Source of the DNA: Cystobasidiomycetes sp. EMM_F5
Lineage: Eukaryota
Assembly (NCBI GenBank): GCA_051047955.1
Contig: JBPGPT010000007.1
Span: 310,001-374,000 of the forward strand
Reading direction: 5' to 3'
Length of the DNA stretch: 64,000 nucleotides
Position numbers and translations under genes: made by a program. Of the stretch, positions 26,729-39,500 are shown piece by piece (positions within the stretch are counted from its first letter, which is position 1; every line of letters starts with the position of its first letter). The notes under the pieces were generated by a model. The model ran no database searches. It was not told the origin of the DNA and saw only the letters and a list, made by a program, of their open reading frames with translations.

Positions 26729-27364
26729 GGGACACGCCATATTGACGTGAAGCCCAAATCCGAAATTCAGCAATGTGCTTTCTCATGTATCAATACCTAA
26801 TGCGCTCGCAACATGCAAACTCAAGAAGCTCTGTACTGACTACCCAGTCTGATGTAAAATCTGTGAGTGAGCAAGCATTGAGTCAGGCTACCCAGACAAT
26901 ACTGAATGCGTACTCTCTACAGACATGCCGGCCAATCTACGTTCACGATGGCAAGGTGGATCCTCGAACACAACGCTGCTCGACAAGACTGCTCGCCGTT
27001 TTCTGGATTGTCTTCACATACGCCTTGCTTTGTCCTTGCCGTAGACTCTGTACAACAGCGTAAAACATCAAAGTGAGTACGGGTGTCCTTATGTTTCGAG
27101 TGCCCAGTAAGACCGACACTTCTGCATGCAGCAAGCGAGACATCGCATAATAAGGCAGGATTGTCAAAACTACAGTAACCGCAAAACCTACCTTCAGCAC
27201 AATGTCAGTGCTGAGCATAAATAATCAACAAACACTCGTCACGCATCGGCCAGAAAACAAATCTGCCACCAAAAAAGGTAGACAACGGGGCTGCTCACTG
27301 TTACCTCTCGATTTTTCGACAAACAGACCCATTCTCTGATCTGCCATTCTTAAAAGCTAGACCA

Positions 27365-27676
27365 TTCGTGCTTGCTCTCTCTTTCTCTCTTTTAACTTAC
27401 GCTTCCTGTCATCTTAGTGCAATGATAGAATCAAAACACATGTGGTCCGGGCGCTGGCAGCCCTGCGCAAGCACGTTGTTGTTTTGTTTAGCGTTCCCGA
27501 ATGGTCAAATTGGCCTTCGTAAACCGCAAGGGCTGCTCTGAAATGCCGGATTCAATCGACTGCAGGGAATAACTTGAATGCAAGCGCACAATGCAGGCGG
27601 AATGATATGCAGGCTTGCATGATAGTCTGCTAATTAGGGCTGACTACACTGTCATTTAAGAGAGAGTAACAGCGAA
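27365..27676 (+). ncRNA. Candidate structured non-coding RNA, family unassigned
   Basis: Terminal stem 27365-27383/27658-27676 encloses several nested helices; G.U pairs favour the + strand; no ORF. Confidence 0.35.
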
Positions 27677-27920
27677 GAAGAAAATACGATCAGTCGGTAT
27701 AGTACGTGTCAGCCAATTTGAATCCAATCAGCATGTTTGACGAGACTGCGCCGCGTCAGTATGTACACTCGATTGCAGAAAATGATGCTTGGTGATACAG
27801 ACAAAAGCGGCGACAGGTGAAAAAGATAAGTATGACGAGACCAGTCGAGCAGCAGTACTTGTAACTGAATGATCCTGCCAGCACGGGCTGAGCCTTGCCA
27901 GATTCCCGTTTCTCCGTTCT

Positions 27921-28506
27921 CTACGCCTCCTCTGTCCTGAGCTTGGCACTGCCGTTTGTGACCTTTACGCCGAGCACCTTTGCCTTTTCCACAATTTCAA
28001 TGCGCTTCTTGGACGACACGTTGTGCGCAATCTCTGCTGCAAACTCCTTGTTGTGCATCAAGAGTAGTTCGACTTCTTGGGGGTTGTGTACGAGGAATTT
28101 CCGTAGGCCATTTGGCATCAAGTGACGAGTCTGCAAGGTGACGATGGCGCGAGCGAGTCAGGGTGGTGGATGCATTGCTAGCGAGGAGTGAAGGCACACC
28201 TTCTTGTTTGAGCCGTAGCCGATACTTGGCATGGGCAATTGACCCTTGAAGCGACGTCTGGAGGATTGACCGATTTAGCGGGTTGTATGCCGCTTCGACA
28301 TCCTTAACCGCAACACACCTGACTCTGTTATCGATACCCTTTGGCTTCCTCCATGCCTCCTTGACTGAGTGATACCTGTCGCTCTGATGTCGCCTGCATT
28401 AACCACAATGGACCACATCTCAGCTCTGCCGTTCCATCCGTCTGCCGTGTATCCGCCTGCCGTACTTGAAGACCTTTGTGCGCTTCTTGATGATTGTCGG
28501 GACCAT
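27921..28506 (-). CDS. RPL32: 60S ribosomal protein L32 (eL32)
   Basis: [66 protein letters not shown]...[12 protein letters not shown]; 3 coding introns plus a 5'-UTR intron at 28530-28693. Confidence 0.96.
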
Positions 28507-29176
28507 GTTGGCGGAGACTGGTGACTAGCCTGTGTGTTGTAGTGTTGCAAGAATGCCCGACTTTGTCAGTATCGATATTTCCTCTTGCCACTGATTCGAC
28601 AAAGTGTGCAGATTTCGCTGCTCGAAATTGGAGCAGGCTTCGTGCGCAGGGTATGTGTCGAGGTGGGCGTACGATGCAGCAGCAGCAGCTTACCTTGCGA
28701 GGTATGTGCAGGTCCGTAATTCACCAGCCCTCGGTTGGAGGGTCCTTCTTTCTTCCAGCGTTTTCAGGGAAGACTGGCGGCGAAGAGAGGCTTTTCCTGG
28801 CCCCGCAGCCGCAAACTCGCTTGTCTGACTATACCCATTGAGGAGCAGTACACTACATTGTTCCTCTCGCTGCACACAGTGGAATGGACTACTTTAACAC
28901 CGAGTCTCGCTGGCTCCTGCAACTTGAATTGCACTCAAGCTTTGTCCTTTTGTCTTACAATATGCTTTGCGCATCCGCATATATGCCTTACTAACATTTG
29001 AAAGCACTGCAAAGCCGCACTGTCACACGGCACATCGTTATTGTACAACTTCTGTCGCAGCTGGCTACTCGTACGTCGCCACATCCGTCTGGCGGGCCCT
29101 ATGCCGAAACGCGTCATTATTGCCATTGTCAAGGTATACTTGATTTCTTGCTTTGACGTGCAATCCAACTGCCAGC

Positions 29177-30699
29177 ATGTCCACCAATCCTGCTCACGAA
29201 GCTGACGAGAGAGCCCCGCTGCTCGGTCCCAGCACCGTCCAGGCGGGAGATGCCACCACTCCTGAAGGGGCACGTGTCGAGGATCCATCCAAACTGCGAG
29301 ATGCAGTGTCGCCCGAGGAGAAGCGGAGAAGCCTCATCCGATGGAGTATATTCTGGCTGCTCTTTGCAGTCCTCGTAGTCATCCTCGTAGTGCTCGCAGT
29401 CAAGGAGGGTGGTGCAGAGTTTGACTTTCACAAGGCCCTCAAGAAGGCTATCGGAGGGGTGGGTCAATCACGAGCTTATAGCGTCCTCTGCTGAATGTTA
29501 TTCAGGGCGTGTCTGGAGCAGCGGCAATGGTCGTCCAAGTCTTGGTGAGACGGCGTCTAGATCGCTCAGCTTGCCGTACTGACGTAGAATGTGCCATCAA
29601 GACACTGATGCCGTTACGAACGACTATGAACTATCAGTGAGCATTCCGTTCACAAAAGCTGTACCGCTCCTCTGACGAGCATCCAGATATCGCTACGGAA
29701 GCACCACCATACAAGCAATCAAGAAACTTTGGCAGGATGGGGGCTTTGTCAGGTATGAGACCTGTATCCACTCCCTTTCCCGACTTTTATTCAGATCTAT
29801 AGCCAGATTCTACAACGGACTGCTTTTCGCACTCATTCAAGGCCCTCTGGCTCGTTTCGGTGACACTGCAGCAAATGCAGGCATTCTCGCGTTGCTCGCC
29901 TCCAATCCGTAGGTTGACAACTACTAGCAACATCCACTATGGGGACTAAATCGCGCTCATATCTACAGCTTCCTCAACAAGCTACCCAGCCCACTCAAAA
30001 CTGCTTTCGCATCCGTCGCTAGCGCTCTCTTCAGAATGATCCTCGTGCCCATCGATACCTTCAAGACTACAATGCAGACGCAGGGTAAACATGGGATGGG
30101 CATACTCAAGGATCGTATCACTGCGTATGGCGTTGGCTCGCTGTGGTGGGGCGCATGGGCTACGGCAGTCGGAAACTTCGTCGGATCATTCCCTTGGTTT
30201 GCTACGGTCAGTCACAATGTCCTCGTGTCATGTGTAGACACAGACGGCTGCATGCTAACTTGTATCGTTGCAGTACAATTGGCTGCAGGAGGTACTGCCA
30301 CCTCAGCAAGACCTGTTTCCGCGGTTGGCACGACAAGCCTTCATCGGCTTTGTGGCCAGTGTCGTGTCGGACACGCTGAGCAATTCCATCCGAGTTGTAA
30401 AGACGTACCGACAAGTCAACCAATCCCAAATCGGTTATGGTCAGTCTGATTGCCTTCCCCCTTTTGCAAGTTTCTGAAGCGAGCTAATCTTGTACTGATA
30501 TGCAGTCGAAGCTGCAAAAGCCATCATCAGAGAAGAAGGATGGCTGGCTTTGTTTGGACGCGGTTTGGTTACGAGAATACTGGCCAATGGTCTGCAGGGA
30601 TTGCTGTTTAGCGTTCTGTGGAAACTATTCCAAGACTTGTGGGAGCATAAAGTTCAGAACCCGAATACGCTCTTTCATTTGTATAGCCAGTACTACTAG
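29177..30699 (+). CDS. Atypical mitochondrial-carrier-family protein with N-terminal extension and extra TM helix (3' end approximate)
   Basis: Three carrier-like repeats (PLRTTMNYQ, PIDTFKTTMQ, SIRVVKTYRQ; QGPLARFGDTAAN; EEGWLALFGRGL) preceded by ADERAPLL and a hydrophobic helix; 7 introns. Confidence 0.85.
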
Positions 30700-30807
30700 A
30701 TCAGAATTGTAGCCAGCACGTAGAATGCACATAATTAGCTTGTAGCCAGTGCTTGTTAGGATATCATTGCAGTGGCAAGGCGACATCTTGTGCAACGACC
30801 ACATGGA

Positions 30808-31775
30808 ATGCTCAACCTTGACCAGGCAAGTACACGGATTCCCAAGTTGACAATACACAACTGACATTGTCATGCGCGCCGTTGACTCTTCAGGAAGTCC
30901 GGCTTTGGCAGAGCAATGCCGATAGAGAACGCTACGACAATCTGGCGACGTTGTATGCCATTATACTGAGCCTAGATCATCTCGAGCGAGCCTATGTGCG
31001 GGACACGATACGGGCTGATGCGTGGGTTGTTTGTATCCGTTCTATGCGAGGCTTGCTGATGTTACATTTGCAGATACACGCCCGAATGCTCGAAGCTCTT
31101 GGCACAATACAAGACTACCCTCAAGCTTCTAGGTGATAGCGTCCCTAGTCTGGATGCTTTCGTTTCAGAGTATCGAGTCAGTGAACAGCAGCAATGCATG
31201 ATCAAAGCAAGTCTAACGCGTTTACGATAGCTGGACTGTAGCGCAGCCGTCCCGCGACTGAAGATTGGCATCCCGGCGACCGTAGAACACAGTGCAGAGC
31301 AAGGCGTGGATTCCGCAAAGTGGATTGCAGAGACCACTCAGGTGATTTTGCTCGCTGTCAAAGCCGTACACTGCTGAATCAGATACCCGGCAATACCAGA
31401 ATTTCATTACCCTCATGGACGCACTGAAGCTTAAGCTGAAAGCAAAGGATCAACTACATCCAATCCTCTCGGAACTCATGAGCAGCTATAGTCGCTTTCA
31501 AGGCAGCAACGAGTGGGAAGGCAGGTCAAAAATACTCCAGTGGTCAGTCCTTCGCAGACCGTTCCGACGCCTTCAACTAAGACGTGCAAGCAGGCTCATC
31601 ACGCTCAATCAACGAAGTGCTCACGAGGAGCTGACGGAAGAGGAATCGCGCGAGGTCAGATCCAGCAAACCGATCTGTCTATCATGGAACGCTAACAAGC
31701 ATCGCAATGTTGCAGATGTTCTTTGATGTGAACTCGGCTTACACGAGCTTCTTTGAGCGACTATCAAGGAATTGA
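30808..31775 (+). CDS. VPS28: ESCRT-I subunit Vps28
   Basis: MLNLDQ|EVRLWQSNADRERYDNLATLYAIILSLDHLERAYVRD...YTPECSKLLAQYK...AETTQNFITLMDALKL...KDQLHPILSELM. Confidence 0.95.
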
Positions 31776-32726
31776 ACCAATCTGCCCCCTATTCAGCTGT
31801 ACATGCTATGAAGGTCTTCGGAAGGCTTCGCGAATACTGCAAGGACAACCTGCCAAGCATGGCTCTCATATCACTTCTCGTATCATCCGTTGCGCAGAGG
31901 GTTGCTGCAACATGTATGAATTCCTATTTGAACTCGTTCAAACCGACTCGGACATTTGGACTGCACATGCAATAGACAGCATCACGCAAGGTCTTATCAA
32001 ATAAACGAATTTTATCTCAAATCACGTACGGACAGAATCACCCTGAATCATCGGGAAGGCTCTCCTTATCAATCCACGTGTGTCATTGCTGCCGCGCAGT
32101 AATGACGGTGAGCTGGACAGCTCAAGCGAAATCCCGGCACCCGCTGATTCAGCAGACTTCACAAGTTGCGTTTCGTTTGGAGAAAAGTGCGGAGTTATTC
32201 CGTCGTCGTGTCTGATAATGTCGTTCGACGACATTCTGCAGTTCCGACAGCATGATTCAGCTTGCGCAGCCAAGATCCCTTTCAGCAGCCACAATAGCCA
32301 GAAATGTTTCCCATTTCATCGCTTTCACCGACCGCAGATGCGGGCGCAGTTCATGGTATCCATCGTACGCAAGAATGCTGGTGAGACATGTTGGGCGGAA
32401 ATGGTGCATTTGTGGAGAGTGGTCACGAGCTATTCCTAGCTTGTGCGCATCAGAGGCTCATGCTTTTTTTGCGATACGGGCCCGAAGAGCATTATATCCG
32501 ATCGCTGTAGCTTTATGAACGATAGTCATGTTTTAGTAATGGTGCGAATGGTTCAGGTGTCGTTGTCCGAGTCGTCCGTGTTGATACCGTTCCGTGTTTT
32601 CCGACAAGCGCCAGAGTCAATTTCCGACAGTACTGGTGCCTGGACGACGGGGCTCCAGTTGGTAGCCTCTTTGCTTAGCAGCGCACAGCTTCGACTGTTA
32701 CCCACCTTTGCTCGGTCAAGTGAAAC

Positions 32727-33717
32727 ATGTCCTCTGACAAGATATCTATCGTCTGGTTGCCCGGTGCTGTAGGCACTGTTGACAGTGACCGACACGCGTG
32801 CGGACGCTGATCTGACAATTGAACATGGTCGTCAGTGGCATGGACCAGAACACTTTGAGCCTGTCGGAAAGCTGCTAGAAGGTCATGGTTACACCAACGT
32901 ATACCAGGCTCATCCGGCTGTCGGATCAGTCGTTCAGGATCCTTACGAAGACTGTACCGCAGCGCGCAAAACCATCGAAAGCGAATTGGCCAAGGGGTAC
33001 GCCGTTCTAGATTCTACAGTGTACTGGCACGAAGGGCTGAAGAGACCATGCAGTAACGATGTAATAGTCGTATGCCATTCCTATGGTGGCGTGGTAGCAA
33101 CAAACGCTTCTATAGGATTGGGCAAGAAGGAACGCGAGGCTCGTGGAGAGAAGAACGGAATCATCAACATCGTTTTCATGTGCGCCTTCGCTCTCCCGAA
33201 AGGCGTGTCGCTATGGGATGCATTAGGCCGCAAACCGCTGCCGTGGTTCGTCATGGACGTGAGTCCTCGTTTCCTTCCATATCATAATTTGGATAGCCTA
33301 ACATCGGTATAGGACACGCCCGAATACCTAAAATCTTCCAACGAGTCGGAGATCTTCTACAACGATCTGCCATCTGCCCAAGCGGAGAAATTGATTGCAG
33401 GCCTCAAACCGCATTCTTTCAAGTAAGCGCAGTCTACCAGCTACTTGCAGCCGCTCCCAGACGCCGACACGCATTTCTCCAGTGTCTTTACAGATTGCAA
33501 AGTCACGGAGGAAAGCTATCGCGCAATCCCTTCGTCATATTTAATCTGCACACTGGACAATGCCATCCCCCTCCCACTGCAGGAGAATATGGTGCAGCAA
33601 GCTCAGCCGGACGCTTTCCAGTTGGTCGAACGGATTGAGGCGTCTCACTCTCCGTTCTACTCTAAGACTGCGGAATGTGCAAACTTCATCCGCAAAGCCG
33701 CTGGAGAGACCGTCTAG
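32727..33717 (+). CDS. Alpha/beta hydrolase (methylesterase-like), copy 1
   Basis: LPGA|WHGP, nucleophile elbow CHSYGG, acid LDNAIP, His ASHSPF. Confidence 0.9.
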
Positions 33718-34123
33718 AGCGGTCTGCAGCGCAAAGTCAGATCATTCGGTCGCAAGCTAGGCGCCTGCAGGATGTTTGCTGTAATTTTGAAATGTCAAAA
33801 TGTCCTAGATGGACTTGGCGGCCGAGGTGGTCTAAGCGTGGCGAATGATGAGAGACCAGTAAACAGTTGATTCCACCAACACAATCGTCTCGTCATCGCT
33901 AAAGTAAACGTCGTCTCGCTACATTGTACTATTGCGTAATGACATTGCGTGTGCATGTGATTTTCGCAAATTACAATAAAGGGGGTGACATTTAGTGCGG
34001 GAAGAAATCAAGCTTTTCGGAGTTGTCAAAGGTTTGAAGGAGGTGTGAAGGCCGCTTGTGCATTGCCCTTCCTCCATTACTCATTCACCAAGACCCGCAC
34101 GGTCTGCACTACTTTACACGACC

Positions 34124-34768
34124 ATGCTCTTCGCCACTGCCATATGCGCGTTGATGACGGCACTGTCTGCGTCTGCAACTCCGCTGCTCAACCCACGACA
34201 GAACACGGCTGCTTCTCCAGCTGGAGTCTTGTACAGTCCTCTGAATGGGACAACCACGTTCGATGGCGGCAAGGTCAACTTTACATATGTGCCGGAGAAG
34301 TCGGACACAATCTACGTAAACGTTGCGGTTGTTCAATTTATCACGGTGGGCGAGCTCGGGTGGAACAATATCGACAAGAAGGATCTAACGATGTTCATGT
34401 CTGTCAGGTCGCTACGCGAGTTCCGGTGACCAGCGTCAACGGGCAACGCATTGCTATCGGTAATCTATCAATTCCAGGCGGCTTGCTTGCTGGAAATTAC
34501 AGTCAGCCCTTGTACCTTCAACAATAGATCACGCTAATACGAACGTTGTTTTTGCAGTCATGGGCGTGCTCGAAGGAGGCTCATCACCGGGAAGCAATAC
34601 TACTGTCGCGGATTATGATCTCAAGTTTGCTTTTCCAGAATGTGAGCATCGGTTTTCTTGCTGAATACGATCCGGTTATTAATGTGTTCTCTGGCCAAAG
34701 TATTGAATGCTACACAAAGTCCCGTCTACGTTACGATTAATGGCAACAGCGGACCTCCCGGAGCGTAA
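34124..34768 (+). CDS. Small secreted protein of unknown function (3' end approximate)
   Basis: Signal peptide MLFATAICALMTALSASATPLLNPRQ, then beta-rich GVLYSPLNG...VNFTYVP...; several N-glycosylation sequons; GT-AG introns. Confidence 0.65.
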
Positions 34769-35174
34769 TTCCAAACATCTGCAGGCATAAATACCGTAAA
34801 TAATCTCAGTTCTATATGTTTGCATTCACGCCTGCCTGGCCAGCTACAGTTCGCTTGAAATAGCACATAGAGGTCCCTCATACACGCACAAAGCCGTCAC
34901 AACATCGCCGATACTAACGACTGCTATTCCTTAAAGCTGACAATTACACAACCGTAGCGGATTGCAACCCGGCTGACAACTGCTGACATTCCCTCCGACG
35001 TCTGCAAAATGTGTGCGCTCGGACCTTCTGCATCGCTTCAGCGTCAGACGTCTTCCGACAAATTTCGGCTGCGTGCCGAACTCACCTGCCGCGTTCGAAA
35101 TGGAATGGCTCATCACCGCGTTGGAGAATACCAACCCAGACCCCGAGGAACAAGTGTCGATACTGCAAGTACCC

Positions 35175-36239
35175 ATGCCCAGCCCAAAGCCCACCCTGGT
35201 TTTCGTTCCCGGAGCAGTAAGCTAACCTATTCTGCCAAAGACCAGCGCAATGTCGTTGATCCGTGCGCAGTGGCACAGCCCAGCGTGCTTCGATCCCATC
35301 ATAGCACGCCTTCTGGAGATTGGTTACTCTTGCGCTACAGTCTCTTTGCCCTCGGTCGGGCCTTCTGCCCATGCTCTGGCTGATCCAAACGCGGACTCCG
35401 CCGCTGTGCGTAGCGTCATTGTTGAGCAGCTGGAATTCAAAAAGGATGTCGTACTGGTAGCTCACAGCTATGCTGGTATTCCCACCAATAACGCTATTGA
35501 AGGACTGGTGAAGCAGCGGGATGCGACATTTGGTGTTATTGGCATCGTATATCTTGCAGTGAGTACGGTCGCTCTTAGCTTTGTTCTTGTGCGTTCTGAA
35601 AACCGCCCGTGTCGGCTAGGCCTTCCTTGTCAGCCAGGGTCAGACGCTTGCTGCCACGCTTGCAGCTGTGGGCGAGCAAGGTCTGGCACCGTTCATCGAG
35701 GTTCAGGTGAGATTGACGATTTGTCCAATGAACGGGCGCTGAAACGTGCTCGATAGGGAGAGACTACGATTGCAAACGATGCTGCCAGTGTCGTGTACTC
35801 GGACCTAAGTACCTCTAACGGCCAAAAGTGGGCTTCCCTACTGAGGCCCTTAGCATTGAAGTAAGCTCGCATGTCATAAGCCTTGGTACTGCCGCTGACT
35901 TCAGTATACACGACCAGCGTATTCACGCAACAGGAGGTTGTCTTTGAACCCTGGCGATACCTTCCTGCATACTACATGCTGGCACTGGAAGATGCTTGTG
36001 TACTGCCACGGATTCAGGTGCGTATTTGTCATGACGCATTCGTGCTCCTCCTTTTGACATGCTATCCCACTGCTCGTCGCCTGCAGGAAGCCATGCTCAA
36101 CCAAATCGGCGAAGAACGCTTTAAAAAGGTTGTTCGGATACAGTGTGGACACGCGCCTTTCCTGTCGAGGCAGGACGAGACTATCGCATTGATAGAAGAG
36201 GCAGCTGGAGCGTTACCGGACAAGCGAGCGATGCTGTGA
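35175..36239 (+). CDS. Alpha/beta hydrolase (methylesterase-like), copy 2
   Basis: PTLVFVPGA|WHSP, AHSYAG, LEDACV, CGHAPF. Confidence 0.9.
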
Positions 36240-36526
36240 GAGTTGAGTCGGAGCCCGAGACAGCATCCCAGCGGCAGCTTTTCGCCATGGATAGAAGTAT
36301 GAGAATGTTGTAGCTGTTATGCTCGTTATGTAGCAGCATTAATTTTGGACGGCTGCCAAGGTAGCCTCACCAGGGCTTTCAATTACTCCGCCTTAGAATG
36401 CCCCGGCCCCTCTAATGCCGGTCTGCCGTTTGGCGGGCGGACTCCTTTGACACGACCCAAATTGTAGAGACGGCTTGGACGGACACGAACACAAACAGCA
36501 ACACGAGTATAAAATATCCAGCAACC

Positions 36527-39500
36527 ATGACAGACCCGATGAACTGGCAGGGCAAGACCGTTGTCGTGACTGGATCCGGAAGCGGGTTGGGTGCCTCGTA
36601 CGTGCTGAGATGTGTTCCAGTGAAGAGCGGACGGGATCCTGACGCTGCTTCCCTCGTCTCTCTGGCTGTGGACAGGTATGCCAAATTCTTTGCGTCTAGA
36701 GGGGCCAACGTGAGTGCGGACAGATCTCTGGTCGATGGCTCGCTGACCGTCTCCGCAGGTCGTTATCAACGATCTTAACAAGGCAAACGCGGACAAGACC
36801 GTCAAGGACATCATAGATGCAAAGGGTGTGCTCTCAGAAGGCCATGTTTCTGCCCACAGTTGACAGCTTCTCTCGCAGGACCTGGAACAGCGATCGCAAA
36901 CTACAACAGCGTGACCGATGGAGATCAGCTCATCAAGCAAGCCTTTGACAAGTTTGGAAGAGTCGATGTGCTCATCAATAATGCCGGTATCCTCCGCGAC
37001 AAGTCATTCAAGGGAATGACGGATGCCGACTTCGATATCATACAAGACGTGAGCCTGGCTACGTGCTCAAACGAGTGACCAAGCTGAATTACGCATCTGC
37101 CCTCAGGTTCACGTCAGAGGCGCTTACAAGTGCACCAAGGCAGCCTGGCCAATCTTCCGCAAGCAAAAGTATGGTCGTGTCATAATGGTCAGTTTGGACC
37201 GGGCTTTCTCCCATGGTCAAACACCTGAGCCTCTCCGCAGATCTCTTCGCCTGCAGGTCTTTACGGGTAATTATGCTAGATCGTCCTAAAAGCTGTATGG
37301 CTGCTGAAGTGCGTTCAAACAGCAACTTTGGCCAGGGCAACTACTCTGCAGCAAAACTTGGCCTTACAGCATTTACCAAATCCCTTGCGCGCGAGGGAAC
37401 GAAATACAACATTAACGTAAACTGTGTGGTTCCGATTGCCGCAACAGCCATGACCGAGACCATCATGCCTCGTGCGCCATTCTAGTTCGGACCGGGCAGA
37501 GCTGAGCTGATTGTATCATTATCCGCAGCTGAAGTACTGGCAAATCTGAAGCCGGAGAGAGTGGTACCGCTCGTTGCGTACCTTGTGCATGACAAGACGG
37601 ACGTATCCGGCAAGATTTTCGAAACTGGTGCAGGTTGGTACGGCGTACACAGATGGCAGCGCACAAAGGGTGCCGTTTTCAAGACAGACGACAGCTTTAC
37701 CCCGGCTGCAGTAAGTATTTGCAGTACAACGAGGCAGAAAATCAGTGGCTGACGAACGCAAAAGGTCAAAGCTAGATGGAACGAGGTCAACGACTTCTCC
37801 AATCCCACCTATCCCGAGAATATCACCGACACTGACTACACGGTCTGTCGATGGTGTTTTACAGCTTTTGATCTTCGCGCTGAAGTTTGTTCATAATCTT
37901 TCAGGCTTTCCTTGAGGAGTCTCGCAAACTCAAGACCAATGTTCAACCTGAAAAGGTCCGCTATGATGACAAGGTTGCCATTGTAACTGGAGCAGGTGCC
38001 GGCATTGGAAGAGCTTATGCGCTTATGTATGCCGCGTTGGGCGCCAAAGTCATCGTAAACGATATGAGCAAAGATAACGCCAACGCTGTGGTCGAGGAGA
38101 TCCTCAAGATCGGAGGCAAGGCAATCCCGTCAGTTCGCAGCGTCGAGGACGGTGCTGCTATCGTCAAGGATGCAGTTGACACCTTTGGCACGGTCCACGT
38201 TGTGGTTAATAAGTGCGTCTCTTGGGCTAATACTGGGCGTCTCAACTGACACACGTTCATTTGCAGCGCTGGCATCCTGCGCGACAAAGCCTTTAACTCT
38301 CTTACCGATGCAGACTGGGATCTGGTGTACAAGGTCCATCTTCGCGGAACGTATTCCGTATGCAAAGCGGCTTGGCCAATCTTCCTCAAGCAAAAGTACG
38401 GTCGCATCGTAAACACGTGCTCAACGGTCGGTTTGCACGGCAACTTTGGCCAGACCAACTACTCTACAGCCAAGGCTGCCATCCACGGTCTTACGAAGAC
38501 TCTAGCCATTGAGGGCAAAAAATACAATATCATTGCCAACACCCTCGTTCCCAACGCTGGCACTGCGATGACTGCTACAATTTGGCCAGAGGACATGGTC
38601 AAGGCGTTCTCGCCCTCTTTCATCGCTCCGATTGTCGGCTATTTGACTAGCGAAGCCAACACAACCACCGGCGGAACTTACGAAGTATCGGGCGGCTGGG
38701 CAGCATCGTATCGGACGCAACGCAGCTTTGGATACGCCTTCCCCAACGACAGTAACATCTCCCCCGAAGACGTAAGATCGAAGTTTGACCTCATCACTCG
38801 ATTCGATGAACGTGCTACTACTCCTTCATCGGCCATGGAAGCCCAAGAGCCGATGTTTGCCAATTTTGCCAACAAATCGGGTGCTCCTCAAGCTGCAGCT
38901 GCCTCCGCCTCATCGGCCAGCGAGTATGCCGATCCGGAAGATCCCAAGATCGTTGTCGAAGCTAAGAAGGTGAAGCATCCTGCATCCAGCTACACTTACA
39001 ACCATAGAGACATTGCGCTGTACAACCTCGGAGTCGGCGCAACAGAAAAGGAGCTCAAATTCATCTTTGAGGGAGATGACGAATTCCAGGCGGTACCTAC
39101 GTTTGGTGTCATTCCTCAATTCGCTTCATCGTCTGGTATGCCATTGGATTGGCTGCCCAATTTTAGCCCGAACATGCTGCTCCATGGCGAGCAGTACTTG
39201 TCAATCAAGGCTAAGATTCCGGCCAGCGCGACCCTTGTCAATGAGTCGAAGTTGTTAGAGGCACTGGATAAGGGCAAGGCTGCTTCGATAACGTCAATTA
39301 CGCAAACCAAGAATGAAGCGACCGGCGAGATTATTTTCGAGAGCCAAAGCACCGTGTTCATTCGCGGCTCTGGCGGCTTCGGCGGCAAGAAGACTGGCAA
39401 GGGTGAGTACCGCGTGCGTATTGAATCGAGAGCCAGGCTCACTTTATCATCTTCGCAGACCGTGGTGCTGCTACTGCTGCTAACAAGCCACCCGCTCGCA

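Noticed and set aside
27278..27300. GACAACGGGGCTGCTC resembles the RNase MRP CR-V/P4 3' strand
   Set aside because: No matching CR-I (GAAAGTCCCC-like) found upstream.
26940..27412. Possible small spliced gene on the - strand (ATGACAGGAAGC|GTAAGT...)
   Set aside because: No coherent multi-exon ORF with a recognisable product could be assembled.
27500..27630. Loose resemblance to group I intron P/Q/R/S elements or to H/ACA and C/D boxes
   Set aside because: P4 pairing and canonical box spacing are not satisfied; kept only as a generic structured-RNA candidate.
27634..27640. TTAGGG as a telomere seed or telomerase template
   Set aside because: Single hexamer with no 1.5-repeat template.
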